From NCBI RefSeq assembly GCF_009914755.1, contig NC_060927.1: 64,000 bases of DNA, one strand, 5' to 3'. The DNA comes from the human T2T-CHM13v2.0 reference genome, Homo sapiens. A model generated the notes under the pieces. It was not told the DNA's origin and made no database searches. It saw only the letters and a list, made by a program, of their open reading frames with translations. Shown in pieces: positions 26,855-43,581 of this stretch (position 1 is the first letter of the stretch; every line of letters begins with the position of its first letter). A program made the translations under genes and the position numbers.

Positions 26855-27774
26855 TTAAAGTTGCGATTGATTTTTATTAAAGTAAAACAATCACTATCAT
26901 AATTAATATTTATTAAGTGCTTATTATGTGTCAGGTGCTTAAAATGAACCATGTCATCTAGTCCTCAGAGCAGCCTGAAGAGAAAGGCCCTGTTATCCCC
27001 ACTTTGCAGACGCAGATTCCTAGGCACTGAGAGGTTCAAATACCTACCTTGAATCTCCCGAGTAGGAGAAAGTGAGTCCAAAGTTCCCAACTCAGCTTTG
27101 TATAATGTAGGGTTCCTTTTCTTTGCCAACGATATAAATTTCTATTTTCTTTGCAGGGAAGAGGGATGGGGAAGATTAGAAGCCTCAGAACCCACAGAAT
27201 AATAAAAGGGTTAACAAGTGAAAGCTGGAAATAATACGTTTTTAACAAAATGGGCAGTTCTTCTAATTGCTGTGCCCCTACTGTTCAATTCCTTTTTATG
27301 TCCTAATTCATTAAATTATGTACACATCAGGCTTATTATTTACAGATGTATACACTTCCAAGTGGCTCATATGAAACAGATGTTTCATGAAAGGTAACAG
27401 AGAACAAGTGATCTAAACCCTCCTTTAGTGGGTATCAAGTGAGTATTATGGCCTATTACCTGCAGGTCTTTTGCTATTATTTTGAACTGCAGTGTCCAGT
27501 ACGGGCAGGAAGATTCAATGTATCTCCTGTAGGAACAAGTAAAAATACAACAGCACTATAAGCAAACATCTGCATCTCAAAATAAAAGAGGGTATGTGCA
27601 AGTGATAGGCAGGTGGTATTCACATTTGGGCTCCGGTAGATGTGTGAGTCAGTTTTACAAGCAATTTGAGAAAAAGAGACCCATTGCATTACAGGAGGTG
27701 AGGTGTATTGAGCAGACCATCTTTAGAGACCAGTGTTACCATATCAGTTAGCTGGAGAAATGAATGAACACCTC

Positions 27775-28078
27775 TTTTCTTTTTTCTTTTTTTTTGGAGA
27801 CAGAATCTTGCTCTGTCGCCCAGGCTGGAGTGTGGTGGTACGATCTCAGGTCAGTGCAACCTCCGCCTCCCGGGTTCAAGTGATTCTCCTGTCTCAGCCT
27901 CCTGAGTAGCTGGGATTACAAGCACACATGACCACACCTGGCTAATTTTTTGTATTTTAGTAGAGACGGAATTTCACTGTGTTGCCCAGGCTGCTCTTGA
28001 ACTCCTGAGCTCAGGCAATCTGCCCGCCTCAGCCTCCCAAAGTGCTAGGATTACAGGCATGTGCCACCCCGCCCAGCC
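27775..28078 (-). mobile_element. Alu (AluS-type)
   Basis: Full Alu reverse complement; TSD-like AACACCTC. Confidence 0.95.
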
Positions 28079-28171
28079 AAACACCTCCTTTTCAAAACAA
28101 GGTTAACATGGCCTAATTAAAATAAGCATGACCAGTTCACCACGTTGCCGTAAACTGGGTGGCATATGTCA

Positions 28172-28566
<395 letters not shown>

Positions 28567-29134
28567 TTATAAATTGTCAGGAGTTCTCTAAACAAGAACA
28601 AAAAAGCAATTGGAGCGAAAAGATGGCTGGAATTGTGTCATTTTGGACGTTGAAAGCTGGGAACAGTTACAACTGAAATATTAAATGGGACATGAAATAT
28701 TAAGTGACATACCAGGTTTATTGCATATATGACCATGAGAGTGCATTTCATTTTGTCTTATGGAGCTCTAAAAAAATCCATGTAATGGATTAAAGGTATT
28801 AAAACTCCCATATTCTCCCTGGCTCTACGCCAGGGAACAAAGCATGATAAATAATCCCAATAGACAGAATATGTGGGAAGGAATTTTAAAATGTATTTAT
28901 GGCGGACATATTGACCTCCCTAACTAATAAAAATGTATACATGAGGTTTTGAAGAAAATGTGTAGCCCTTACAACACACTGTAGTGTTAGTATCTTTAAA
29001 ATATTACCCACGTCTCTGTGACATATGGCTGTCATCCTCTGTCTTTACCCTGGAAGTGAGGAAATGCATGAATTTTATAGTAACATGTACAGTCACTGTT
29101 AGGAGGAATAGTTTTTATTTCCTTTATCTTAAAG

Positions 29135-29332
29135 CTGGGCTGAAAACTACACCAAATCTGGATTTTGTAAATAAAGCTTTCTTGGAATGTGTCACACCTA
29201 TACATTTACATTTTGTCTGTGACTGCCTTCCCCCATGGGGGGCAGAGTTGAATGACTGTGACAGAGACCAGACAGCCCACAAAGCCTAAAGTATTTCCTA
29301 TCTGACCATTTACAAAATTTGCAGACCCTGCC
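29135..29332 (+). mobile_element. MER58A-like
   Basis: TTTTGTAAATAAAGC...CCCACAAAGCCTAAAGTATTT...TTTGCAGACCCTG. Confidence 0.7.
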
Positions 29333-29350
29333 TTAAAACATTAAAAAATG

Positions 29351-29712
<362 letters not shown>

Positions 29713-30769
29713 TTATACTAATCTTGCGTGTGGATTCAGGGGATGAACTCACTTTCAGTTCATTTCCTAACTGTGTGACCTTGGCCAAGTCATTTAACTT
29801 CTCTAAGCTTCAGTTTCCTCAGGTGAATAACAGAGATTTAAAAAAAGAAAAAAAAAACTGATCGTGTTAATAATCCTTGCTCTTCACACTTTTGTTAGGA
29901 GGCAGCAAATGGGGTAATGTGTGTGAAAACACCCCTCAAGTTGTCCCCCGCCATATAAAGTGTGCTGTTGGCAGATTCTGCTGAACTGGCTGAAAGTATT
30001 TATTTCACATCACATGTAAGGATTTGTATGCAGATTTCATTTTTTTAATTCTTTTTTTTTTTAACCAACACTGATTGAACTTTTGATATGTACTGGACAC
30101 TCTTTTAGCCCTGAGTATTTAAAGTCAAGGCCGCCAAAATCTTTGTGTATGCTAGTAACACACCCACTCATGACAGCCTCTGACCCCCATCAGATCCTTT
30201 TTCTAGCTGGGGCCATGTTTGCCTTGTGGCATTTTTCAGTTGTCTGTTTGCGTGGGCAGGAGATAGTGTATTCTAACTTCTTTATAAACCAGCATGTATC
30301 AAGGGGTCTGGTCCCTGGCAGGTGCTCAATAAAGGTTTGTCAGCAGTTGATGTTGCTGACTGATAATCACTGCCTTCTGCTCCCCAAACCACCTTGGTCC
30401 TTGCAATGATTTGGGACTTTGGGTTTTGAACAGCAATTGAAGGCTCTCCAATGAGAGATCGCTGTGGTAAAGAGGGGTTTAAAGAAGCCATTTCTGAGGG
30501 GGCTAGGCAGCCTGGATTGGGGATTGGCCAGGAAATCCTACGAGGAATGAGAGCACTTCTGATTAATGCCTGTGGGCCTGGGAAGGAAAGGACAGCTGAG
30601 AGAGGGAAAACTGACATGACTTGCTTTCCTCACATTAGTTTTTAGAGAATCTCTCAGGTACATCAGAAGGGAAAATTATTTTGAGAGGGAAAATGGAAGT
30701 GAAGGTCACCAAATCAAGATGGGGAAAGAAGGGAAGGTGAATAGCATTGAGATTCATCAGCATAAGCAT

Positions 30770-31020
30770 GATACAATAATGATAATAATTGCTTGTGTAA
30801 CACTATTATGTGGCAGGCATTGTGCAAAGTACTTTAAAATGATGTTATTTAATGCTCACAATGATGCAATGAAGAATATACTATCATTTTATACAAGCAG
30901 AAATTGAGGCTCAGAGAGGTTAAGTAACTTTCCAAAAGTCACACAGCCAGTAAGTAGGAGAGTGAGGATTTGAATCCAGGAAGGCCGACTCCCGAGTTCA
31001 TACTTCCAACCATATGCCTC
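30770..31020. mobile_element. MIR
   Basis: TTATTTAATGCTCACAA...GAGGCTCAGAGAGGTTAAGTAACTT. Confidence 0.8.
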
Positions 31021-31286
31021 AGACAACTTGCCTATAAAGGTGGACAAGTTTCGGGAATATCAAAAAAAGACCTGAACCTTGGGGGACTGCTCTCAATTGG
31101 AAGGTTGGTGAAAATGTCTTTGAATTATTTTTTCAAGATTTTCTTAACATTTTTAAAAAAGAAATAATGCTAAAGCACTTTGAAACTCTTAGCTTTCTCA
31201 TACCTAGGAATCACTGCTCTGAAGGAAAAAAAATAACCAACAATGTAGCATTCCTGTAGTTTGAACAGTTCTATATAGAAACTTGA

Positions 31287-31658
<372 letters not shown>

Positions 31659-32565
31659 TAGAGGGCACAGTAAGGATGTTCAGTGTCTACTTCAAGTTAC
31701 TCCTCTCACCCCCCTCCACCCCCGCAATCCCCAGACATCTTGGGAAAAGAGTCATTCAGCCCCTCATTTGGGGCGTGCTAGTTCTGTAGACAGTGACAGA
31801 AAAGCTATTGCACAACCAATTCTGGATATTGGGTTCATTCTTGTGCCAAATAAATTTTGGTTAAGGGAGTATATGTGGCCTTCAGGTGAGGGAAGGAGAA
31901 CCTGCGTAGGGGCTGGGGGCTCAGAGTCCTCTCCTCCTCTGCCTCCCCGAAGAGCCCTGGAGCTGGTGGTTGTGCAGACTCCATTTGGCCTGAGTGACTG
32001 CTCCTGACAGTGTTCAGCCACACGCCGTTGGACTGCCGCCAGAGGCCTTTGGAATCTTGGTCTTAGCTGCTGCCATTCTCCCTGCTGAGGGCTGGGTTCT
32101 CAGCAGGGAACATGCAGAAGGGGTTAGTGAGTGTGTTTGTGTGTGCCTTCTAATTCCTGTGTTTGCTTCTGGGGGACTTTCCTATTTTATTGCTCTGACT
32201 GGAAAGAAAACAGGGCATTATTTCTGTCTCCTTAACTTCTTTCTTTTGAATTTTCCAGTTTTACTTTTGTTCTTTATGCTGGGTTAACTGTGTGTCTGTC
32301 TGTCTGACTTAGACGTACCCTGCATACTCTAAAACTTCCTGCCAGGGACAGCTGCTTGTGACAGGAGTTCTGCACAGTCCTAAGAGGGGATGTCATAGTC
32401 TTCTCTCAACATGGGGGTCAGACCCATTCCCTTGAACTTAAGACCATTTAAGTTCAAATCCATGCTTTTTATTTAGCAGCTGTATGGCCTTGAACAAGTT
32501 ACCTAACCACATTATACCTCTGGTTTCTTCTTGCCTGTCAAAAAGAAATAGTAAAACTAGACTAG

Positions 32566-32878
<313 letters not shown>

Positions 32879-33409
32879 AAGACTAGCTCTCTTATTGGGT
32901 CACTCTGGGGATCAGATGTACTAATAGATGAAAAATGCTTAGAGTAGAGTGAAGGAGCATGACTAGCCTACAGTATATGCTCCATGAGTGTTAGTGATTA
33001 CTATTGTTGAAATGTTTGACTAGACTCTGGAGATGGTTCTGTTGTTTTCTGTGGTGACCATATTAGTCGCATTATTGATACGGACTTAATCCACTTTTCC
33101 CCAGATAATAAATAATAATTAATAAATTTCTAATAATAAAGCATTAGCTATTATTTTTACATGTTTTTATACTTTTTATAGTTTACAAAGTGTAAATCCT
33201 GCAATGTAGTAAGCGTGGTTGTCATCTCAATTTTTCTGAGGATCAGGAAGGATAAGTGACTGCTAGTAAGAGGCAGAATTAGGAACTGAGCTCATACCAT
33301 CTGCATTGTAGGACTCTGCAGTTTCCATTTCTCCAGAGCTGTAGTATTTTCTTTGTTGTCCCCACTCTTTGGTCCCAGAGTCTCCCCACCAGTAGTATCC
33401 TCAGCCTAG

Positions 33410-33630
33410 ATCAGTGTTTTTCAACCTCAGCACTATCTATAATTGGGGCCAGATAATTCTTTGTTGTGTAGGAGGGGCCTGTCCTGGGCATTGTGAGATG
33501 TTTTGTAGCATCCCTGGCCTCTACCTACTAGATGCCAGGAGCAGCCCCCAATTGTGACAGCCAGAAATGTCTCCTGATGTTGCAGAATGTCCCGTGAGAG
33601 ACAAAATGGTGCTGGCTAAAAACCCCTACC
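33410..33630. mobile_element. MER20 DNA transposon
   Basis: CAGTGTTTTTCAACCTCAGCACTAT...GATAATTCTTTGTTGT...AGCATCCCTGGCCTCTACC. Confidence 0.8.
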
Positions 33631-33631
33631 C

Positions 33632-34018
<387 letters not shown>

Positions 34019-35973
34019 CTATCATTTATTGAGCACTTACTGTGTGTCAGGCAAATTGCAAACGTTGTCTCTGGTTTACCAACAGAAATCAGGATTATCT
34101 GCATTTTCAGCAAAGAAGGACTAGGGCTCAGAGAAATAAAACTCTATGGCCATTTGTAAGTGGCAGAAGAGAGATTCAAATTCAGGTCCACCTGGCAGCA
34201 AAGCTTACCACTTTCCCGTCACCTCCTCCACACAATTTTATGCAGGCTCATGGCATTTTCTTTCTTTTTAGGAACCAAGAAAACCCACACAGTGAGGATT
34301 AAATCGGTTTCAAAGTTATTTTGAGGCTGTTCATATGGTGCATACCTGTAAGAAACAAAACAGAAAAATTTCTTTGCAGCAAAATTCTGAGTAAGCCAAG
34401 CATTATTTTATTGAGAAAAAGAGGGTTTTGGCTAAATTCTAGTGTAATCAATCATACTTGAACTTCCTTAGATCTTAGACGAGTGGCAAGGTATGTGACA
34501 AAGCATAATTTCATCGTTGTCTTCCAAGTATTTCCCTTTTGGTTTTCTGTCAGACTGGTACTAATGTGGTTTTCAAATAGATATATAGTACATAAGCAAC
34601 GAATGTGTGTGTGGATATCTGAAATGAATGTGAATGTGTGTATCTGAAATGATATACATGTTAATGCTCCTGTTTTAATCTACTCTGTGTGCAGGAAATT
34701 CGATCAGATAAAATAATGTCATTTATTAGTGTGATAGTTCCTTTTGTAAATATTATGGGAATCCCGATAGAAGATAGAAGTGAAATATGGAACTGAGTGA
34801 GTTGATGTTGAGAAAAACTCTTCAGGGGACCTCAATATTGCAAAGCAATTAGCTTCGTCTACACATGACTCCCGAGACCTGTTCTAGCATTTGTTCACTT
34901 AATGCAGTTTCATTTCTGATGCCTCCACGTTCAGATCATTAATAAGCAGTTAGATGTGTCGGCCTGTTAAGTGACTGTAAGAGAGGATTTATTTGAACAC
35001 TGGCATAAGCTATCTTAGTATGTCCTAGAAAATAGTGATAGAAAACGTGTTTAAAATGTCATGCAAAACAACCTATGAGATATTTTTGAATATATTCCTT
35101 GTGGTGAGAACACATATTATCAAAATGAAATGTTGGTGTTGAACGTGTCATGGTACCTTATGAAAATATGACAGCACTTCCCGTGGTAAAAGCCAGTCCC
35201 AGGAATAACTTCTATTGCTGGCCGTAAGCCCAGACAGGTGTAGCTACAACACAGAGTGATTAGTGGGTCCTGAGTCTTACTCTCTTTCTAAGGCCCAAAC
35301 TATCTTGTCAAATTTAACCATATCTTGAATGGAATCAGTGTTTGGAAAGTTATAACCGTGAGTTAAAAGCAAGAGAATTACAAAGTTCTGCACTTCTCAA
35401 ATTTGAGTAAGTAGGCCTGACCAGAGCAAACCCTGTGACCTTCCCAGACTAGGAAACAAATCAGGGAGATGGAAAATGAGAATTTAAAAAGCGGGGGGGG
35501 TTTGGTGAGATAATAGTAAACATATTAAGTCATTTACATCTCATTTATAAAGTCTGAAAGGATTGTTGTGTTTTAAATTTCCTAATTCTAAGGTGCTCAG
35601 TTCTCCCTCTCCTCATGGTATGGGGGAAGGAGTAAATGAACTAATGTCTATTAAGCACTTTGCATGGTCCCTAACACAGTAGGCGCTCAGTAAATAGTAA
35701 TTACTATTAGTTCAGGCTCTTCTGGTACAACTTTGAACACACTGCCAACTAAAAGCCACTGCCAAAGTTCTGTGAGAGTGAACGAAGACTTCTGGTTTAT
35801 GGTAAGCATAAACACACACAGCCTGAAGATCTTAATGCATTAAGTACTTAACAAGGTGGAGTATTTAGTAAGGACCTGTGCAAAGGGCAACTTGACAGAG
35901 TTCTGATGCTAAATTAACTCAGCAAAATGGGATTACAGGAAGGTTAGGACAATAACAAGACATTTTTTATGTT

Positions 35974-36445
<472 letters not shown>

Positions 36446-39400
36446 CTTTATTAAAGACTCAAAACCAAATTCTTTCCCCCAGCCCTTCCTTTTGTCTCCT
36501 GCCTATGTTCAGCACCTGTTTCATATGTGGTCAGAATAGCAGAGTTTCTCACAACCCAGCTCCAGCCCTCGGCCAGGATCCCTGGTGACCCCGGCAAACA
36601 CACACTTCTTTAGGGTCACGGGCAGGTTACTGAGTCAAGACTGCCAAAGCCCAACAATGATATTTTCCTTCACTCCCCATCGTCCTCCCTCTCTAGCCAC
36701 CCCAAACCCGGGACTAATCTTGGAGCTGCTTAATAATAACAAAGCCAGCAGCAGAGTAAGGCAAGATTTCAAAGCAGAGTTTTTCTTGTTTGGCAATTAC
36801 CTAATTCAGGATGCGATTCACAGATTTGCAAAACCCATGTGTGTGGAAACCGTTTCTCCTGAAAGATGATTAAAAGCAGATCCTCTCCTGAAAAGGCGAC
36901 ATAAAAATTAAGTGAGTGACAGTATGGAGTCTTCCCGTGCCCCAAATGTTTGGATGCATATAAATTACATTTTACTAAAATGTCTACACACGAGTTCATA
37001 CACGCATGCGCACACGCAAATAGCGGAGAATCTGGTTCTAATTACTTGTACTTTAGTTGAACTTTGGCGTTTCCTTTGAATCTCTCCCTAATGTATGTGA
37101 GCTGTAGGCTTTGCAGTCCTCCAGTGAATCCACAGAAAAAGGGAGAAAAAAATCCAGATAGGCTCTCTTTGGTGCCAACACAAATGAAGTCCAAACGAAC
37201 ATTTTGACCAAACGCAACTTTGCTCTTCTTCCTTAATTAGCTGAAATTACTCCCTTCCACTGGGATTCGGAGCTCTGGGCTCAAAATTCCCCTGGGGCCA
37301 TGCAGGAAATGTCTTTTGCTTTATAACTCCTTTTTCTTTTAAAGCTCAGCTGCCCAGAGAGTGCATTAAAATACTGTCTTAATCACAGAAGGTTCTAGTA
37401 AAAAGGCTAGGCTTTCCTAATGCATGATGCCTGCCTGCCTGTAATCAGGCCCAACCTAAAATCCTGAAATCTGTCAACATCGTTTTAGCCAGCCGTAAAT
37501 TAGCTCTCACAAAGAAAAAAAAAAAAGTATACTGAGCTCTCTTAAAAATGTTATCTGCTACTTAATCTAACCTTTAGAAAAATGCCAAGCATGTAAGGAA
37601 TTGTGAAGGGAGCTATTGTCGAAGACTTTCTGTGTGTTTAAATGACACTCAGGTGTGTTGTAACAACAAGGACATTTATACTGTGTTTTCTCAGGTGAGT
37701 TAAATTCGTAAGTGCCAAGTCCTCTTAACAGGCAGCAATGTTAATTTCTTTTCTTTTGGGAATGAATCAACCCAAGAGCTGTGGCAGTGTTTAAGAAAGC
37801 TTCGTCAGTGGGAACTCGGGAATTCTGCTTTTGTACCATCCCAGTCGGTGGAGATTTTGTTTAGCTTTGTTTTTGTTTTGTCTGCAAACAACCTCTGAGT
37901 TTGAAGTCCTTTTAGAGGACTGTTTCTCAAAATGCAATCCGGAGACCTGTGCCCGTCCGCAAGGAGAGAAGTTCAGACATTGAGAGCAAGTGTTTCAAAA
38001 CTTTTGGAGCAATTTGACAGGGTAATTTTATGTCCATTAAATCTAATTTTTTTTAAAGAGTTGGAGCTTGTGCTTTGGACGTCGTTGTTTTTCCTTAACT
38101 CCTATTTCCTGGAGATTCATTTGTATTGAATTTGATCAATCCATGAGGGATTGGGGGAAAGACTAAGAAATGGTGCTTCACCATTGATAGTCTGAAAAGC
38201 ACGAATTTAAAGCAAATGTCCTTCTCCCTAACCTCAAGAATTCCCCTGCTGCAGGCCACACTTTGAGGAACATTGATTTAAAAGCAATGAGTCCCATGAC
38301 TAATTTATTGTACAAGGAAGGGGATTCTAGCTTTGTTTTCCTTAGTGATAGTTATCTGTATGTTGTGGGGGTGGAGATGTCTAAAATAGGGGCTAGCAGC
38401 TTCCGAGGACAATGCTGCAGATTTGGTTCATTCTCATCTTCCCTGAGGCTCACTGTCTCCACTCATGTGCGCAGTTCAGAGCAGCCCTCTCAGCATCACT
38501 GGTGCTGACTGTGCTCTGGGCGGGGACCCACAGAGCCAAGCATCCATCTCACCCGAGTAGCAGAAGTTCCTCTGACTTGCCCATTCCCTGACGAAGCAGG
38601 GAAGCCCATCTGGTTAGCAGTTTGGATGCCACATTGGAGGCTGCTGCTTGTTGGGCATTCAAGCAGCAAACAGAACTGAGTAAGTCCATAAGTAGGCAAG
38701 GAAATAAATAAAAGCAGGAGACAAAAAGCAGATCCGAATTATTCCTCTAAGACTGCTTCTCCAAACTGAAATCACATCAGGATGGCTGCAGTGTAGTTGT
38801 TTTATTGAATGACACAAGCCTCTTTTCCCCCTGGGAAGTCTAAAAACTGCTTTTTTGGCCTGCCTGAGATCGCTGAATGAGCTAATACAGAACACATTGT
38901 CTGCTGAGCCGGCAGAGTTTTCAAGCAAAAATTTTATCATTCCATAGACTGATTGTGCTTGCCTGCAATAAGGAACAAAATGTTTGAGGCCTCTCAAGGG
39001 CATTTGATGAATCTAACTCTAATTTAAAGGGACTAATAGATTATTGATTTAAGCAGGATGACAGTGAACAGATCAATGGCTGAGCACTCTGTATCTGCCT
39101 TAAATACCAAAAATGACTGGTAAAAGGAAAGCCATGGGCTGTCCCCCTGCTTATTTCCCACTGACTTTCTTGGGGGGTGGAGGAAGGCAAAAAAAGAAAA
39201 GGACCTCTGATAAACTTTGCCAAAGTATGTTTTTGCTACCTTACCAAAAAGGCAAGAGATTGCATTAAAGTACAAATCTTTTATATTGATGCCATATCCT
39301 GGTTTCCTGGTTGTAATTCTAGAATTTGTCTTGGCATGTTCGCCTGAGGCTAGCTTTGGTGATCTGACAGACTATACCACTGATTTTTTTTTTTTTTTTT

Positions 39401-39490
39401 TTTTTTTTTGCCTTGCATTGTTCTCAGTGTTATAGGCCACATAGAGGAAATAAAAGACCACTGACCATCAATTCTGAGGGTGATATTTGA

Positions 39491-39554
<64 letters not shown>
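39491..39554. repeat. Compound microsatellite (AT)10(AG)22
   Basis: Read directly. Confidence 0.95.
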
Positions 39555-39557
<3 letters not shown>

Positions 39558-39825
39558 AATACTTAATTTTTTACTACCAGTGGGAAAATTTTTCCAAAGA
39601 TGATTTTTTTTGGGGATCGTACATAACGTTTTTCCCTTTCTGTTTTTGTGGCATTTGTAGCATTCAAATTATGTTCATTTATGGCATTTGCAGGATTCAA
39701 ATTATAAAAACAGTAGAAAGAACCAATTTATCATTTAAAAACATAGCCCAGTCACTTCCTCTTGGAAGGCTCCCTTGATTTCTCCTGGGATAAATAAGGC
39801 CTATAGTTCACTCTGACATTATATT

Positions 39826-40070
39826 AGTGGTTCCCAAACTACTTCAGTTTGGATTCGCCTGGGAATACTTTTTATTATTTTTATTTTTTGTTTTGTTTTT
39901 CTGTTTTAAATCTTACAGTCAGCCAAAAGGGAATTTTTTTTAAAATGGCAATTCCTAGCTCCATTCTCAGACATTCTGGCATAATAGATCTGGGATACAA
40001 CTTGGTCATTAGGACGTTAAAAAGCTCCCCAGCTGGTTCTAGTGTGCAGCCAAGTTTGGAACCCACTGTA
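39826..40070. mobile_element. MER5-like DNA transposon
   Basis: AGTGGTTCCCAAACT...AAGTTTGGAACCCACTG inverted termini. Confidence 0.65.
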
Positions 40071-40859
40071 TTATCATTGTTGGTTTATTCTCTATTAGGC
40101 CAAATTTGTCAAGGATAAGGGATTATGTACTATCATTGCCCATAGCGTATAACACAATGCCTGGCATGTTATGTCACTCAGCCAAACAAATGATTGAACA
40201 CATGAACAGTCTGAGAATCTATTGTACTCACATGAGAAAGTTCCTAGAATTATTGGTGAAATCACCACCACCTAAATAAAAGGCCAGGGCTCTCACTGTT
40301 GATTACTTACAATAGAACATTTTCGTTCATGGCAACTGTTCAGGAAAAGCCTTCTGGATTCATTCATTTGTTATAAATGACTCTTATCCATAGGAAAAGA
40401 TCCAATCTTTGTAAAATGCTTTGGGATCTTTAATGTCCAGTAGACTTCCCGTTTTTTGTGTGCTTTGCCCCAAGTTTCTTGGGTATTAAATTATGCACAA
40501 TTTTGTTTCCTGTCTTTGGGAAGGTGAAATGCTGGACTCCCTTCAGTGCATGTGTTTGAAGTGGCATATTTATGGAAATTACTACCCACTTTTGAAATTC
40601 AGGGCATAGCTCTGACAGCTGATTCCAGCCCTACCAGAATTCTATTTACAACTTTCCTAGACAGGCCAGATTAGCTGTCCTACACGAACGAGTAGGACCT
40701 TAAAACACACCGCTCCCCACCTTCCTTCTGTGAAGAACTCAATGCGAGATTGATCATAGTGGTGATGACATGACTCTGTCAGTTGTTGAAGCACATGGAT
40801 GGAAGTAGAAGCACACAAATCAAACCACTCCAAAAGGTTTGAGAGGCATCTGGGGAAGG

Positions 40860-41290
40860 GGTCACTTACGTTGATATCAGGGAGTATAAATCTACACAAC
40901 CTTTCTAGAAGTCAGTTTATCAACATGCATTAAAAACAAAATATTTTTAAAATAACAACCTTTGAACTGATAATTACACTTCAGTAATGTATTTGAAGGA
41001 AATAAAGATGTGGTGAGATTAGCTACAAAGTTGTTCATCACAATGGAATGTTTTCTGTGAAAAATATTTATCGACAAGGAAATAAATTGATGACATCATA
41101 GGTTAAACAAAGTCCTCAGCAGTGTCAGTATAATTCCACCTTAGTAGACAAACCCAAAACATTTATGTGCATAGAAAAAAATTCTGGAAGGTCGTACACA
41201 GTGAATTTCTCTGAGTGAAAAGATTGTGGGTGAGTGATTCTGTGTGTATTTTTCCTTAGATTTTTAATAGACAGTGATACATTGTTTTCT
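40860..41290 (+). mobile_element. Old L1M fragment
   Basis: ACAACCTTTCTAGAAG..CAGTTT...AAAAATTCTGGAAGG. Confidence 0.45.
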
Positions 41291-41779
41291 AATTTTAACA
41301 AGCAGTGTTTTCTTGTTAATTCGCTTTCAGTGAAGCTGATTAGTTCCGTGTGAAGAATGCTTTTGCATCTACTGCTTGATAGCTGATAAGCTTTAGTGAC
41401 ATCTCAGATACCAGCCCTTCTATAAAACAGTTGCTGCCACTGTGCCAACTTATTCAAAGCAAGGGCTTCCTATCTGCCAGAAATAATGTACTCAAGATTG
41501 ATATCTTCATCCCAGATACCTTGGTTCTAACCAGTAAAGACTATAATAGATTTATCTACTAGGACCTGTACTACTCAAATGAATTCATTCCAAGATTCTT
41601 CTGAATTATGAAAATACTATAATTATAGTTGATTCTGTTCCAAAGGGCTAATTAATTACTTTTTTAAGGAAGCAAAGGAGTATAAGAGCTATTTGGTTTC
41701 TAATTTTAATCATTTAACAACTTAGAGGGACTCTTAGTGCTCAAAATGAGGAAGAAAAAGGAAAAGGAAAAAGTTCATG

Positions 41780-42560
41780 TGCTAATTCAACAAATATTTA
41801 TTGATTATCTGCCATGTGCCAGGACCTCTACTAGTCCTGGAACACAGATGTATACAATGCAGGTGAGTTTCTTTCCCTTATGAAACTCAATATTTAGAGT
41901 ATAGGGGATGGCAGATGTAGAATATAAAATTATATACAAACATCTAAAATTTGAACACTGGTTAGGGTTTTATGGAAATAAAATAGTGAGACAGAGTGAC
42001 CAGGAATGGAGAGGGGCATTTTAATGAGAGAAATCATCTCTGGGAAGGTAGCATTTGCTTTGTGATCTAAGAAACGAGAAACAACCAGATATTTGAAGGT
42101 CTGAGAATATCTAGAAAGGACAAATAGTTATCACAATAGCCTCAGTTGGTATGAGAGCTTGGCCTATTCAGAAGACAGAATAGATGCCAATTATATAGAA
42201 CTCAATAAATTAGGGGACTCACTGAAGGAAATGATGCTGCTAAAATGCCGTGTGATGAAAAGTCTTGTAGAACATACTAAGGAGTTTGACTTTGATCTAA
42301 TTGGTGACTATTGGAGGGCTTTAGATAGGCGAGTGAAACAGATGGATTTTAACATTTGAACAACTATCTTGACTGCTTGTTTGAAGAATAGACACTAGGT
42401 AGGAAGAAGGGGCATGAAGTGACCAATGAAGAAGCTATTGCAGCAGTTGTGAGAGGCGATGGTGGATTATTAGCATGGTGTGGTAGCAGGATAGTGATGT
42501 GGGGATGGATTAACAATAAGTTTAGTGGGTAGAGTTGACCTGACTTGCTAAAAGCTTGCC
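41780..42560. mobile_element. L2 fragment
   Basis: ATTCAACAAATATTTATTGA..TGCCATGTGCCAGG...TAAGGAGTTTGACTTTGATC. Confidence 0.75.
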
Positions 42561-42974
42561 TGCAGGATAATCCAGTCAGGAGAATATCTACTCTGGGAGA
42601 TTATAAGCAGTAGGGCAACTGGAAACTTTATATTCTGGGAAATACACTGTGTATTAAAAAGCAATTTGGAGACTAGAAGATTCTGGAACATTATTTAACC
42701 ACTTTTAATTCTCCTTCCCGATTTCCATCTTATTTTATGAGCATATTTACCTGTGATAGAAGTACAGCCAGTTCTTGCTTTGATTCTGAGTACAATCCTG
42801 GAGAATTAGGGGTAGGAGAACACCCCGTTCTTATATTTTGTGAACTCCCATTTCCCATGGAATTTGGGTGGTTAGATAACAGGATGGAGGATTATTATTT
42901 TTTTAATCTAGAATAAAGAGTAACATGACTTAAAAGTGAATCGCACCACTCTGTGTCATCATTAGTTTTAACCT

Positions 42975-43135
42975 ACTGCTTCTCAAATGTTAATTGTACA
43001 TTTAGTCATCTGGGGATTTCATCAAAATGCAGATTCAGATTCCACAGGCCTGAGCTGGGACCTGATACTATTTTTCTAATAAGATCTTAAGTGATGCCGA
43101 TGCATGTTGGCCCAAGGAGCCTTCTTTGAGTAGCA
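42975..43135. mobile_element. MER5A/B
   Basis: CTGCTTCTCAAA...AAAATGCAGATTCAGATTC...CTTTGAGTAGCAAG. Confidence 0.7.
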
Positions 43136-43214
43136 AGGATCTTACCCATATTGTTATTAATGAAGATCAGTTATGGCTGCATCATGCTAAAGACCCTCCC
43201 AGTACACTTGTTGA

Positions 43215-43581
<367 letters not shown>

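Noticed and set aside
37001-37012. NRF1-like CACGCATGCGCA
   Set aside because: One mismatch, within a CA/CG alternating run and with no promoter context
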